Shown here piece by piece: positions 40,610-54,397 of a stretch of DNA of 64,000 nucleotides. The stretch covers positions 199,204-263,203 of the forward strand of contig CT868407.1 of assembly GCA_000165425.1 (NCBI GenBank), written 5' to 3'. The notes beneath the pieces are model-generated. The model saw only the letters and a list, made by a program, of their open reading frames with translations, did no database searches and had not been told where the DNA came from. Every line of letters begins with the position of its first letter. Positions within the stretch are counted from its first letter, which is position 1. The translations under genes and the position numbers were made by a program. Source of the DNA: Paramecium tetraurelia (lineage: Eukaryota).

Positions 40610-41284
40610 ATGCACTCATATTTAGAAGAATTAAAGTAAAAAGATGTCATAGCTAAATAAATCAATTTACTCATTCAATAACTTCAATAACATCAATTAA
40701 CCTAATCTCTTGTTCCTAAAAGTCATTAAGATATAGCAGAATTTATGGTACTCAATAGACTCAGGAATATTGACACATATATTCAGTTATGTGAAATGAC
40801 AGGAAAATGTTTGGGATAGGCCAGATCAGATATTAAAGAAAATGACAATCAATTAAATGATCAATTTCACATACAATTATTGTAGTTTGGACTACAAAGA
40901 AAGAAGCTAGAAAAGAAGAACTCTCGGAAATAACAGAAAATGCCCATCATTCACATTAATACTCCCAGTACTGAATAAGATTCTTGTAGTTTATATAATA
41001 AAAAATTAAAGAAAAAGGATAAATATTTAAAATTGCAGTAAGTCATGAGTGAAGTACAATCGAAATAGTCCTTAAAAGATAGAGTGAAAATCGAAGAATA
41101 CTTTTAGAATAAAAAATTGTAGAAGTTATTGCAAATAGATGGATGGAAGATTATCGATTAATCACCTTTATATGAACCAGTACCTGATAGCTTAATAAAG
41201 TAATCCTTGCATCATTATTATTCATATTGTAAGGTAGTTCTTGAGGAGTTTGCAGATATTATCGCTCTTAAGTCATAATCTTGA
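40610..41284 (+). CDS. Hypothetical protein (224 aa)
   Basis: Uninterrupted code-6 ORF MHSYLEELKQK...EEFADIIALKSQS*. Confidence 0.7.
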
Positions 41285-41387
41285 TTTCTCAGTATTTTAT
41301 AATATTCATACACAATTATCAAATTATTAATACTATATTTCTATATAATTTTGACAATCATCTAAAATTTTAAAGAAAACCTACATT

Positions 41388-41774
41388 ATGCTAAACAATC
41401 AAACAGATTCAGAATTAATACTTAGTATCGATAGTTAAATGGAAAATAACAATCAATAACTTAAAGTAAATAAACAAACAGATCCAATTATTGAATGGGA
41501 AGACTAGAAATCTCAATCCATTCTTAAGACCAATCATCTTCCAATCACACTAGATAATTCATCTCAGGACAGAAAAAGATTCTATTCCAACAATGAATTT
41601 AGAAAAGTCTCCTTTGATGAGAGTCTCAATACAGTGCATACATATACTAAAGATAATAGAAAAGAAATAAAAAACTTTGAAACAAGCTTTAAACAAAAGA
41701 AAAAGGTAGATAAACCTGAACTTCCAAAATCCAAGAGATTTGGAAATCACAAAAAAAGAAAAAACTCTTTTTGA
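41388..41774 (+). CDS. Small hypothetical protein with RVxF-type motif (128 aa)
   Basis: Code-6 ORF MLNNQTDSEL...RKVSFDESLNTVHTY...KKRKNSF*. Confidence 0.65.
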
Positions 41775-42204
41775 CCAATAATTAGATGTTATATATATTA
41801 CCGTTATTATAGATCTATTTAATTATTTCTCTTTCTATTTACATCATTCTTCCAATTGTTTAAGTAGTAGATCCTGTCATCATATATATTTCTCATAGCT
41901 ATCCTAATTTAATGGAATAATTTTAATTTATTCTTAGGCTCAAATCTTAAAGTAAATTACATATTAAAAAATATTAATATATTATTATATAATTGAAAGA
42001 TTGTCAAAATGATTTTTAAAGCAATTAATAATACAAATAGATGATTTCCATTTATTTATAAAAATTAAATTTAAATGTTGGAATGAAGTTGCCTACAAAT
42101 AATAATTTGAAAACGATAACATTTAGTTTTATGTTTAAAATTTCTAGTTTATAAATTGTTAATTGCCAAATATCTTGTTTACAATACAGAATTTAAATTA
42201 GAAA

Positions 42205-44071
42205 TCAATCCTTTTTATTTTCTTATTGAGCTTTCTCAATTTACTCCTATATTTTTTGAAACTATGCTTCTTTCTCTAAGGCATCATTAATTTTTTTTTG
42301 GTTTTCAAATCCTTCAATTGCATTCTAAAAATCAAATAAATATATTACAAATAAATCAAGTGTTATTTCTTCATTCAATTCAAAAAATGCTAAAAATTTG
42401 TACATAATATCTTTCAATGCTCCAATTTTAAAATTAAACAATAACATATTTTATGCCATTTGAGTTAAAATTGTTAAGATCATATTCTTTTCTGCTTAAA
42501 TTTATTCATTTTGACTAAATTGAAATATATCTAATACTTTGGTAATCTTTATTTCTTTTATTACTCTTTTATTTTTTCATAAATTGATTAAATAATACTT
42601 GTTTCCCACAAATCTCGAGTTTCCCAAACCTGATGTTTAGCAAATTCATTTGATAAAAAGTAACACTGCATTTTGTTATTCTCAATTTTCTCTTAATAGA
42701 AAGTAAATGAAAGATTCATTAATTATCTTGAAGTCCCTGCATCAAATGTATCTAAACACTAAATTATTTTAATTTAATACTATTTCCAATAATGAATTGA
42801 ATAACTTAAGTACATTCTAAAAGGCTATAGTTCCTAGTTTGAATTAAGTATTCAGTCTTTTATTTTAAATTGCCAAAATTACGAGCATTCTCTATTGGTA
42901 ATTATCCTTTGTTTTTTTCTTTAATTCTTGGAATACTTGAATTGAGAGTTCCTCTTCCTTCCAACAATCATGTATCAATTTAGCAGCATAATAAGTTTCC
43001 TATTATTTTTAATCTTCTGGTAAAACCTCGATTCCTTAGTCAACGCTAGCAATGATATTATTGACAGATTCATCATTATTTAAATTCAATAATTCATCAA
43101 ATTCTTTCTAGAAGAACTTTTATAAACTATTGCTAATAAAGGTGTTCAAATGAACTATTTCAGTTTTTTCAAAAAGTGATGGACCATCTTGTTTAATATT
43201 GGTAATAAATTTATTAACTTCATCTTTAGGTTAGATTTCATTGATTACTTCTGTAATTTTCTCAAGATCATATTAGACATTTTTAGAATGAGAGACCTCA
43301 AAGATCTAAGTGTGAATATATTAATTATTTACAATTTGTCGTATTAAAGTATCTTAGAGTATGCCAATCCTCTTTTCTTCTTGCTCTTACATAACATTTA
43401 GTATTTCTTGCATTCTAGTTTTAGAGGTTTCACAACTGGAATTATACTCGAACACAGATTGTTTATATTATTATTCAAGATCTGAGTATTCCTTCTTGAT
43501 TTGATTCACCTTATAGTATTAATTGATTCTTTTCTTCTCTGAGTATTCAGATAGTAGATTATAGACTACCAAAACAGTTGCATACTACTCATACTCTCTT
43601 TTCTTTTATTTGTACTCTTAGAAACTCTATTAACTTTTAATTCAATAATACTTTCTTGAATTCCTAATTTAAGAGTAAATTCTCCTTCTCCATTTTCTTG
43701 GCTTCTTCTATCAGCTTTTTTGATGCACCATTTTATTATTGAATGACTTATTTAAGCTACGTAATCAGATCCTCCCTTATTTAAGAACACAAACTCTAAG
43801 CCTAATATTACCTGCTTGATGTTAGACTTTTCAAACAGAAAATAGGAACCTTGTACATTCTATTAATCACTTAATATTTGTACTGCTATCTCTCATCCAA
43901 TTTGGCAATATTAGACACTAATTTTTCTAATGATTTGGCATATTTTTCTTCTAAATTTGCTCTCTCTTCAAACAAATCTATAATCTCTTCAATTATTTTT
44001 CGACCTGTCTAAGATTAATTTGCCACCTATGTAAAATATGAAAACAATGATTCTGCATAATTTTGTTGCAT
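42205..44071 (-). CDS. F-BAR (FCH) protein with C-terminal SBF2-like region
   Basis: FCH signature GRKQLKEIIDLFEERANLEEKYAKSLEKL, helical BAR body (QEQEEKRIGILQDTL), C-terminal KHQVWETRDLWETSI. Several introns. Confidence 0.78.
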
Positions 44072-44236
44072 TTTATTAATTAATTATCAAATATAACAAG
44101 TAATATTCTATAAGATATTCTTAAACTTTACTTCTTCTTATTATCATTTTAATTAGTATAAACGACAACATTCATAAGAATAATGTTCTAAGCTAATATC
44201 TTTATTAATTTTTTTATTTTCTTAAATTAATATTTC

Positions 44237-45597
44237 ATGGAGGAATAACTTTCACAATTAAAACTTTAAGTTGATCAACTAACTGAAGAAGCAGAGTATG
44301 ATTTCCAAAAAGGAGAACATTACAAACCTCAAATTACATCCATTATTAAATAAATTGACTCCTTGATTGAAAATGAAGAATTAGAAAGTAATTTGAATTT
44401 TTTATATTTTTAGTCTCAAAGAAGCATAAGATAGAGCTCTATTTCTTAAAAGGAAAGGCCTCAGATATTCTACCAGAATATTCCAAGTTTGCTGAAGAAG
44501 CTCTTACCAAAGCAGTAAAAATTAATTCAAAATCAAATTTAGATGAAATTGAACCCTTTTCACATAGACAGCTTAAATACCCTTGGACATATATTATGGA
44601 AGAAAAAAGATTTTCTAGCAGCCAAATAATGTTTTGAAACTGCAATTGAAAAAGATCCAAATAATATAAAATCATTATAATACTTATCGATTGTTTTGAG
44701 ACAAGTCGGAGATTAAAAGGATAAGAGTGCAAATGTGACCAAATCTTTAGAAATAGCTAAGAAAGCCTTAACTTTTGATTTAAAAAATTCATAATCTTGG
44801 TATTTGGTTGGGAATGCTTACCTCTCTGATTATTTTATGAATCCAAAGAAAAATAATAATGAATTAAATCTCGCTTTATCTGCATACAATTAATCAGAAA
44901 AGAATTAAACTAGAGAAAACCCTGATTTATATTTCAATAGAGGAAATGTAATAGTATATTATCTAATCCTAGATTCACTGTTATTTTGAAGATTATCAAT
45001 TGGCCTTCAATGATTATCAGAAAGCCAATTAAATAGACTAATCCTTAACCAATGATACATTAAAAGAAGTCTAATAGAAAGTACTAAAAGTGTATGATTT
45101 GGTCACAAACAAATGCAGGATAACATAAAAGAAGCTATCAAACATTGTCAAATAAATTCCAATAGGATTGAGAGAATAACCTAAAGGATTCGATAAACCA
45201 CTTTAAATGTGTACCATAGGAGATCTTAAAGATGGAATAAATAAAGGCGTGATTCTAGCTAGCAAAAGTTTGGTAAGTTATACACAGTAAAATACAGTGC
45301 CTGCTGGATTTGTGATAGTGGATAGTAAATTAAATTTTGCTAGTCTATCTATTTATAATGCCTCATAAGAAATTTATGAGAAGATTAGAGAATTAACTGA
45401 TGTGTTTATAATTGAACCAGAAGTGAAATAAATAAATTGCGAAATAGATGGAAAAGTAATAAATATAGAGATTATAATAGCAAATATCTTATATGTGTAT
45501 ATAGGTAAAAGACGCAAACAAAATTTACGTTGAGAACGAAAAAATAGTTAACCAATTAGCACATTCAATGGTCGTTAATTAAACATTTGAGAAGTGA
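44237..45597 (+). CDS. TTC5: Tetratricopeptide repeat protein 5 (TTC5/STRAP)
   Basis: FLKGKASDILPEYSKFAEEALTKA, NTLGHILWKKKD, SWYLVGNAYLSDYF, NPDLYFNRG and a C-terminal OB-like domain. Four introns. Confidence 0.88.
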
Positions 45598-45722
45598 GAT
45601 TTTGATCTATAATATTTTTGATTGAAGTATCATTATGATTTGATAATGTATTTTAGATAAATATTTAAAATTCAACCATTCTTCAAACGTGAAATCTAAT
45701 AATTAAATTACTATATTATTAA

Positions 45723-46735
45723 ATGCAGCAAGGTGAAGTTAATTTAACAGAGAAGAGATAAATGAGAAGAGCAAGAACTAATTTTGAGAGTGAAATGTAA
45801 TTTCATAGTTTATAGAATAAAGGGATGACTAAATGAATGAGAAAATGACATGCTATGAAAGTGTTTTAAATTGTTTTGGATCCTTCTTTGGAACCTTGAG
45901 AGCTTGGTTCCCATGCTGTTGTTGTTGCTTTCCATATCCGTATTATGAAATAACTCAGGGATCCAAGGGATTGTTATAAAAATTCGGAAAATATTAAAAG
46001 ACCTTGGAACCTGGACTACATGAATTCAATCCGTAATCTATTTATACTATTCCTTAGCTTTACAGATAGAATCATTCCTGTGAGTACAAAGACATTGTAA
46101 TTCAATTAGATTTTAATAGTTTAGCATCATTGATTTAGAGAGATAACTTATTTTGACTAAAGACAATATCACTGTCAATATTGATACGATCGTTTATTAT
46201 AGAGTTGTAGACGTGTGTAAGTCAGCCTATAGAGTCAAAAAAATTGTAGAAGCAGTTAAAGAAATAACATACGCAGTATTAATAATATTTGATTTTAAGA
46301 CTCTTCGAACCGTTGCTGGTGAACACACTCTATAGGATATAATTGAGAATAGATAGAAGATCGCTGATGAAATAGAGGGGTTTGTATTTGATGTTGTATC
46401 AGAGTGGGGTGTATTTCATTGTTTATTTACGTTAGGAATCTTCTTAGAACATGTTTTCATTAAGGATATGTAAATGGGAGATGAATTATAAAGTTCATTA
46501 TCAAATGCTCCCAAGGCCTAGAGATTAGCTTAGTCTAAAATCATTTCAGCAAAAGTAATGTTATGTTAAACTTTAGAGTGATGTTGAGGCTGCTAAGCTC
46601 ATGAGAGAGGCTGCTGATATGTTAGATTCTAAGGCAGCTATGTAAATTCGATACTTTGAAACTATTTAACTTATTGCAAAAAACAAAAATCCAAAAATAT
46701 TGTTTTTGTCTATGGATTAGACTTAAAAAAAATGA
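45723..46735 (+). CDS. Stomatin/SPFH (band 7) family protein
   Basis: LEPGLHEFNP, ILTKDNITVNIDTIVYYRV, TLRTVAGEHTLQDIIENRQKI, AAMQIRYFETI, with a CCCCC string before the domain. Six introns. Confidence 0.92.
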
Positions 46736-46877
46736 TTATAGATTATCACAATTCATTCATGTTCAATAATATAATATTGAATAATGGATCTAAATTTAGA
46801 TATCATTATATTATCATCTATTAGTTTTAAATAAGAACAGAGTCTGATTTATTTTTCTAATAAATATCAAATTAAAA

Positions 46878-47686
46878 ATGAATTAAACAGGAGATTTGGA
46901 AATTTTAAATCACTAATTGAGCATCTAAAACAACAAGATGTCCCTTTAAATAGAGGTCTTATCATAATAACTCTAATTACTTAGAAAATAAATTCAATAA
47001 TTATAAGAAAGGGCAGCAGATTACTAAAATTTAAGTGCTGAAAATGTAACTTTAAAAAAAGACATTATGAATTTATAAGAACAAATTTAGGCACAAGAAT
47101 CAGAGTAATTGTTAGTTCAAGAGAGTTAGTTCAACTCGCAAATTCAAGAAATGCAAAAAAGACATAAAAAGCAAATATAAGACTTAAAAACTTTATATGA
47201 GGATAAAATTATAACGTTGTAGAAAGAAAAGACCTCTATGTAAGATTAGGCTATGTAAATGGGAGTGTCTAATTAAGCATCGAAAACCTTGGAATAGTAA
47301 GCTGCTAAAATAATACAAATAAGCCATAAGTTAGAGTAATTAATTTATATAAGTCAGAAAAACCTTGTCTGATCTTCCATCCCAAAGTCCCAGTCATGGA
47401 CATATAGGAATATCTAAAGAAATGTACGATTAAATGTTGGAACAGTTAAAAACCAAATCCTCGAAAAATATAATCTTGGAAAAAATACATGACTAGCAAA
47501 ATAAGTAAATTCTATTTGCTATAGTTTAGTTCTCAGCGATACAAGAAAATGTCCATTGCCAACATCAAAAAGGAAACTAATTTTAGTGTCAAAAGAATTT
47601 TGCATTACAATAAACCATAAGAGTCTCCAAGAACTCAAAACTCTATAAATGCTCTCACAATAAGTACATTAACCAAGAAGTCTTGA
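46878..47686 (+). CDS. Hypothetical coiled-coil protein (possible frameshift or unresolved intron near 47230-47350)
   Basis: Q/E/K-rich heptad N-terminus from ATG 46878. The downstream part is open in a different frame, with an intron near 47505 and TGA at 47684. Confidence 0.5.
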
Positions 47687-47861
47687 TCATTATTTTACTT
47701 AAATATAATACATTTCATAAATTTAACAGAAAAAATTTAGACGGTTGTCATTGGCAGCTTGATTTCTTTTAATAACATATAAATTAATTTGTAATATTTG
47801 ATTAAGTTTAGAATGAATCGTATAAGGAAAATTATTGGAATATGTTTAAACTAAATGATTA

Positions 47862-50479
47862 TCAATAGTAATGATTAATTAAGTCTATCTCTCTTAAGAC
47901 TGACTACTTACCATATCTATTTCTTTTTGGAGTTCCAACGACATAGGTTGAGGATGACCGAACTTCTCTAACAGGAGTAGAACGCTTTATTTAAGTTTCA
48001 AGAAAAGTATTCTTGGACTTTTCATAGCATTTCTCATCAATTAATCTACTGTTATCCTTTTTTAAAGATGATACTCGATACTCTAGCAATATAGTCAATA
48101 TAAATATATTACCCATTTCATTAATTAGTTTAGTACTTTATTTCTCATATTGTTTTAGTTACAATTACCATTATTAACATTATTCTTTAAGATTTTTGTT
48201 CTCTTCTGTCAATGTGGCAATTTATGAATGTAGTTGCACAACAAATTAATTATATTATATTTATTATGCTTCAGATAATCCTTTTAATTCTAATCTAAAT
48301 GATATTTATTATTATTTACTTAAAAACATGATCTATATTTATCAAATATTTTTGCTAATCTACGAGGAGATCTTAAACTTACAACTTGAAATATTCCTAT
48401 TATTGCATTATTTCTGTTTTCAACAACTAATTTTCTGTATTTAAATTCTAAATAACATTTTCTAACCCTCTTTTTTCTAATGTTATCTATTATGAATAGT
48501 TTTCAAGTTTTTCTCTTTCTTAGGCAATCTCTTTTTCAATTTTCACCTTCAAACTTGAATCCACTGCCTTTTTTAAGGCTTCAATTTCTTTTTAATGTTT
48601 ATCTTTAAGTAAACTCAATTACTCTCTTAATTAACTTGTTTCAGCCAATTCTTGAGATTATATTTCAATTCTATTTTCTGCAAATTTTAATTATTAATGG
48701 GTTTCTGATAACAATTATTTTATTTAATTTAAATTAGATAAGGTCTCTTACAAATTATTGGTTATTTTGATATTTTCTTCTTAGGTTTTATGTAATTTGG
48801 TTTATATCTATTGAATTTCATCTTAAAATCTTTATAATTTCTCAAGTTAGTCCTTGTTTTACATTTCATAATTTTCCTCCATACGGATAGTCTTTAATTT
48901 CCAATTATCTATTTCATTACTCTGTTCCACAGTAAGTTATTGAAGTCTGTGTAATTCATTTCTAAGACTTTGAATTTGCGGTCTAGTCTCTTCGATTTCT
49001 TCCCCTTTAATGTTACTTTGATAGGATAATTGCTATATGTAGGATGCTTATTCATCAATTTTCTGCAATAAAACATTGATTCTGTCGTTTAGATTATTGA
49101 CTTCTTTATTTTTTTATTATAAAATTTGTTCTGTTTACTAAGTTATAAGAATAATACGTTACCAATTTATTTTGCTGTTAATTTTACAACAATTTAATAT
49201 CAAATTGATTTTGTTATTATTTAAGGTAGGATGTATTCTCTTGAAACAATTTATCGAATTTCAACTTTTAAGCTTCTAACTCTTTATATTGCATAAGTAA
49301 TTGTTATTCTTTAATCTAAATATCTTAGGCATTGTCTGCTAATTACTTTTCTAGGGTAGTGGTTTTATTAATTTCATTATTTAGATTTTATCTAGTTTAA
49401 TTAAGTAGTTTTTATAAATCTTCATTTTCCATAATCACTTATTAAATTTACTTTTTAAGATGATTTATCTCCATGTTATAATTATTTTGATTTTCCTATT
49501 GTTATAACTTATGATTTCTGTTCAATTCGTTTAGGTTGGATTTCATCTAATTAATATCAATTTTATATTGTTAAAATTCTTAATCATTTTTTTCTAATTG
49601 TAACCTTTCTTCTTTTTCCAATAGCTTCAATTCTTCAAATTGTATTATTAATTCTTCATACTTTATTCTTCTACTCTCAATATCTTTTTCCAGATTGATT
49701 AATTTCTATTTTTATTATCTATTTTCATTGACTTATGATTCTAATGATATTTATAATTATGAGATCTTTTCGCTATTCTTTTTAATAACAGCATCCTACT
49801 ATTCCAAAATGTTACTAATTTATTGATTATTATTAAGTAACTCATTTCCTTTTTTATCCTTATAATCAAGTTGTTCTTTTACCATTTATAGTTCCTTTGT
49901 ACAAGTCTTCAATTTCTCTTCGTATGATTAAATATGATCTGAATTTTATTTTAATTCATTGAGTAACTTCTCAATGTTGACTGTTAGATTCTTATTTTGT
50001 TGTTCATACATTTCTCCATAATGAGCTTTCCATTTTTATTCAATCATTTCTGTTTCAACTTAAAACTTTTTTTGTAATGATTCATACTGATAAGACAGTT
50101 CTTCCAATTAGATTTGTAAGCTCTAATTCATTAAAACAACCTTCTCATTTTCATATATCATTTTTGTAGTTCTATTTTCTATTGTTCTATATCTATCATC
50201 TTTTTATGATTAATAAGCATTCTATAGCATTCGTTATTCCTCTTACAAAAATTCAATTTCTCTATTTTTATCATTCAATTATGATATTAATCTCTCATTC
50301 TCTGTCGCTAGCATCACTACTTTATTTTCTAATTCTTAAACTGTTAATCTTTGTTGGCTTTGATTTAACTCTGCTAATAGATCCCTTTGATAGAAATGAT
50401 AATCCTTTTTATCGCTAAGATTACTGATATTATGAAGAGATGAATCTTTATCAAAGTACATCTATCTCGTGTCATACAT
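47862..50479 (-). CDS. Long coiled-coil protein
   Basis: About 850 aa code-6 ORF with Q/E/K-rich heptads (ELENKVVMLATENERL, LEKRVRKCYLEFK) and two short introns. Confidence 0.8.
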
Positions 50480-50952
50480 ATTATTTAAATTTAAAATTCT
50501 TTAAACAGTTAATCGATTTTTTTTATTAATAGATTTTCTCGTTATCAAAGAATATGTCAATTCTAACATTAAATATATTTATTAGATGGAATTGTTTTAT
50601 AAAGAGATAGCTTAATATTCTAACAATAATTTTTACATAACAATATTAGAATATATTCTTAGTAGGTGAATTAAGTAGATAAATATTTTAATAAAGATTT
50701 ATGAAATAACTGTTGTTAGATTACAACAACAAAATCTTGAATAGAGTTTAATCGTTAATCCTTAAATCTAATTGAAAGATTTGCTTAAAAAAATACAAAT
50801 GAATATTAGATAATTTAAATTATTGATATCAATAATATTATCAATAGATTAATTTTTTAGGTATATATTAACTTAGCTAAGATGGAGAATTGTTTGTTAT
50901 ATATTTTGTTGATAATAATCATTTATATTTTAAATAATCAAAAATAAATAGA

Positions 50953-52951
50953 ATGAAAAAATGGGATGATGATGCTCGATTGAAGAGTTATGTAAATAAA
51001 ATTCTAAATGTGAAATCAACTATGAGAAATAATTAAAAAACTACTTCCAAAAGTAATTAATTCAATGATTTTGATTTAGAGAGAATTAATAGAGATACTG
51101 AATATAGTAGCAATGTAACTAACCGTTCAGATTTAACAGGTTTTAAAGATAGCATACTTTTTAAGTAATGAGAATTAAGAAATAATAGGTAATTAGTGGA
51201 ATACAATTTATAATAATACACGAATAAATTATTGTTAAGAGGATATAAGAGTGGTTTACAATTATTAGCATAACAATCTTAAGAATCCTAAAACATAGTA
51301 TTGTAAGAGATTAAGCTATTACCTGGACATAAATAAAAATTTTAGGTTATGCTCAAGCAAATAAGTGATAATTTAGATACTTACAATGACAATAATACTT
51401 AGTTAGTAAATCATAATCATTTTGCTTAAAATCGATTTACTTTACCTGGCTAATTGAATTCTCATGGACAATTTGAGTAAACCAAAGAAGTATACATGGA
51501 AATTCTAAAGCCCATTAATAGAAAGGCATCCATGAAACATTTTTCACCTCCCCAGGAATTGAATTAAATTAAACCAAGAGTATTACCAAAATTGGAGAAA
51601 GTCTCAAGTAAAGGAAAAAAAGAAAGAACTCTTTAGGTAGAAGATATTACTGCAAAATAAGGAGATTAGTAATTTTAGAATATTGTATAATTACCTAATA
51701 CAAAGGAGATGGTTACTAAACAAGTATCCAAGACAGTTAAGAATCCTTCATAAAATTAAATAAAGAAAAGGGTAACTACATAGAAATCTTTTCAAGAAAA
51801 GCCAAATAAATTTATCAATAAATTATTACTAATAAATGGAAAAAACACTAATGAAATTAATTTAGAAAGGGAATCAATATAATTATTATATCAATCTTTT
51901 GATAATGGAAGATTAGCATCAACTTTAATTAACATTGATATTGAAGAAATCAGTTATTGTGTTGGGATTACCATTAAAAAAATGATGGTTTTAGCTGACT
52001 TAGATTAAATTAATAATATTAGTTAACTTTAATGTATTGATGATAACAAATAGAGTTAACAGGATAGTATAAAACAAATATATTATTAGATTAGTATATC
52101 ATAAATGAAAGAGATGTTGTAAATAATAGAGATGAAAATGAATTTATTTAAGATTAGACTTTTTAATTGCAACAAGACGATTATGAATAATAAGATATGA
52201 AACAAGACTATCTAGAACTATAGCAAGAGGAAGATCTCGACCAAAATTACCTTGAAAGTTTTGAAAATGCTGAATAATAAAACTGTCATCCAGATTTAGG
52301 ATACCTAAATGAATAATTCTAAGAAGATGATGAAAATAAGTTATTATTTAATACTATAATTTAAGTTAACAATTACTTCAATCGTAATTTTCAGTTGATA
52401 CAACGTTAAATTTACAAGATTCTCAGTTATTTAATAAAGTTTTTATTGATTTTTCATTGAGCAATTGTATACCCAATGTGGATATCATTCAAAATTATTG
52501 TAAAAACATTATGACAACAACTAAAATGGAAAGAGAAGTAGCAATTATATCTATGATCTATATAAATAGACTATTAGAACACAATTAAGGGTTAGAAATA
52601 AATTGTTTGAATTGGCAAAAGATATTGTTTACAGCATTAGTTATGGCTTCTAAAATTTGGGATGATGAATCATTTGAAAATAATAACTTTGCCAAAGTTC
52701 TACCATAGTTTTCAACTATTCAAATAAATGAAATGGAGAAAGTGTTTTTAAAATTAATTGAATATCATCTTTATGTCAATTCCGGTGATTACGCTAAGTA
52801 ATATTTTTTATTGAGAACTTATGCAGATAAAAAATAACGAAGTTTTACAGTTAAATAATTAGATATTGCTACTGTTTTAAGATTATAAAGAGGTGGTCCA
52901 TAGTTGATTACAAAGCAATAATTTTTAAATACTTAAAATAAAAGTTTTTGA
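50953..52951 (+). CDS. Cyclin Y-like (PHO80/P-type) cyclin with long N-terminal extension
   Basis: Cyclin box REVAIISMIYINRL..NWQKILFTALVMASKIWDDESFENNNFAKVL..INEMEKVFLKLIEYHLYVNSGDYAKQYFLLR. Introns at 51165-51188, ~52067 and ~52340. Confidence 0.9.
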
Positions 52952-53072
52952 TATTACTCCATATTATAACTGTGTATATACACTCTTCCTTATTCATCTT
53001 TTCTTTTAGATCATAATTTTCAGTAAAATATTATAATAACTTATTTTAAGAAATAAATTAAAAATATGTAAC

Positions 53073-53638
53073 TCATTTCTTCTTTTATTTTGGATCTGTT
53101 TTATCTTAATGAAGTTAATCATAACAATATACCTTATGCTTTCGTGTCCTTCTTGTCATTTTTCCCTTAATTTTAATCTTTTGGATTTTTTTCCTTTTAA
53201 TCTTTATTACCTTTCTAAGGTGATTTATTTTTGTCATTTTTATCGTTTTTCTGGTCTGCTTTAACTTCGACTTTACTAGCTTGAAGCTAAGCCTTAAGTT
53301 TTTCGTCTTAGTTTATTTGAGTATATGCTACTTAATTAGAGTTCAGCCAAAGATTTCGCCATTGTCTGTTGTCGAAACTGTTCAGCTTATTTCTTTTTTT
53401 CATATTTTAAAACAGCTTAAGCTGCATACTCATAAACATTTCCACTTGGAAATCCATCCTTACAAAGTCTTCTCAAAAAATATTCATAAGCAGCCAATAC
53501 ACCACTGTTATTCAATATTTATTCTTTTCAATATTTTAAATGCTATATACATTTTTATTCTAAAATATGTTTCTCTTCGTTATTTAATTCTTGATCACCC
53601 TATAGTTAATCTTAAGTATCATCCACGGCTCCTTTCAT
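53073..53638 (-). CDS. Hypothetical protein, possible Dpy-30/RIIa-like docking helix pair plus K/D-rich tail
   Basis: Three introns restore one frame: ILNNSGVLAAYEYFLRRLCKDGFPSGNVYEYAAQAVLKYEKK, then a low-complexity KNDK tail. Confidence 0.7.
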
Positions 53639-54397
53639 AATTATTTACTAAATTATTTATAATATTAATTAATATGAGAAACTATGAATAATAAGTATAT
53701 ATTTGATCGAATTAAGTCGATTATTGCTGATCATTAAATTTTCGATTAAAATATCATATGAGAGTTCGATTTAAATTTAACCATAAAGATAAATCTTGTT
53801 CTTTTTTATTTAAAATATATGAATGATCACTTTTAGACAATTTTCAATCATTCTAAATTTTAATTCAGTATGTTTATCACACTAAAATTTTTATTCCATG
53901 AAACTATGAATTAGCAAATTTAGGTAAAGGTATAAAGTAAAGAATGATTCTTAAGGGTTTATCAACATCTCCCACATGATTTAGAGTTTAAACCTTTTTA
54001 TCTTTGAATAGGAAATTATTCTAAACAAGAAAAAGAAAAAGTGGTATCACCTATATGATTTCACACTATATTTACTTAGTTTAATTTGTTCTTAATTATT
54101 TTTCTATTACTTTTTTTATCTTGAAAAATAACAAATAGTTCAAAAAATCAAAGAGAGTTCAATCTATTATTCTTAATAATCTTGTTAAGTAAACCTTAAT
54201 TAAAATTGGCATCTTATAATAATTAAAATTAACATACTAATTTCAAAGTTTGCTTATAGAATTCTCATTCAAAGTAGGGATGTAAGTTATATTTTTATTT
54301 ATTTTTTGATAATTATAAAATTTTAATGTTTCCAAAGAATAAATTCAGAAATTTAAATAATTCAAAACATTAAAAATATTTTTATTTTTTTTTAATT

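Noticed and set aside
51169..51171. In-frame TGA in the cyclin gene as nonsense mutation or readthrough
   Set aside because: It lies within a canonical 24-nt GTA..TAG intron whose removal restores the frame.
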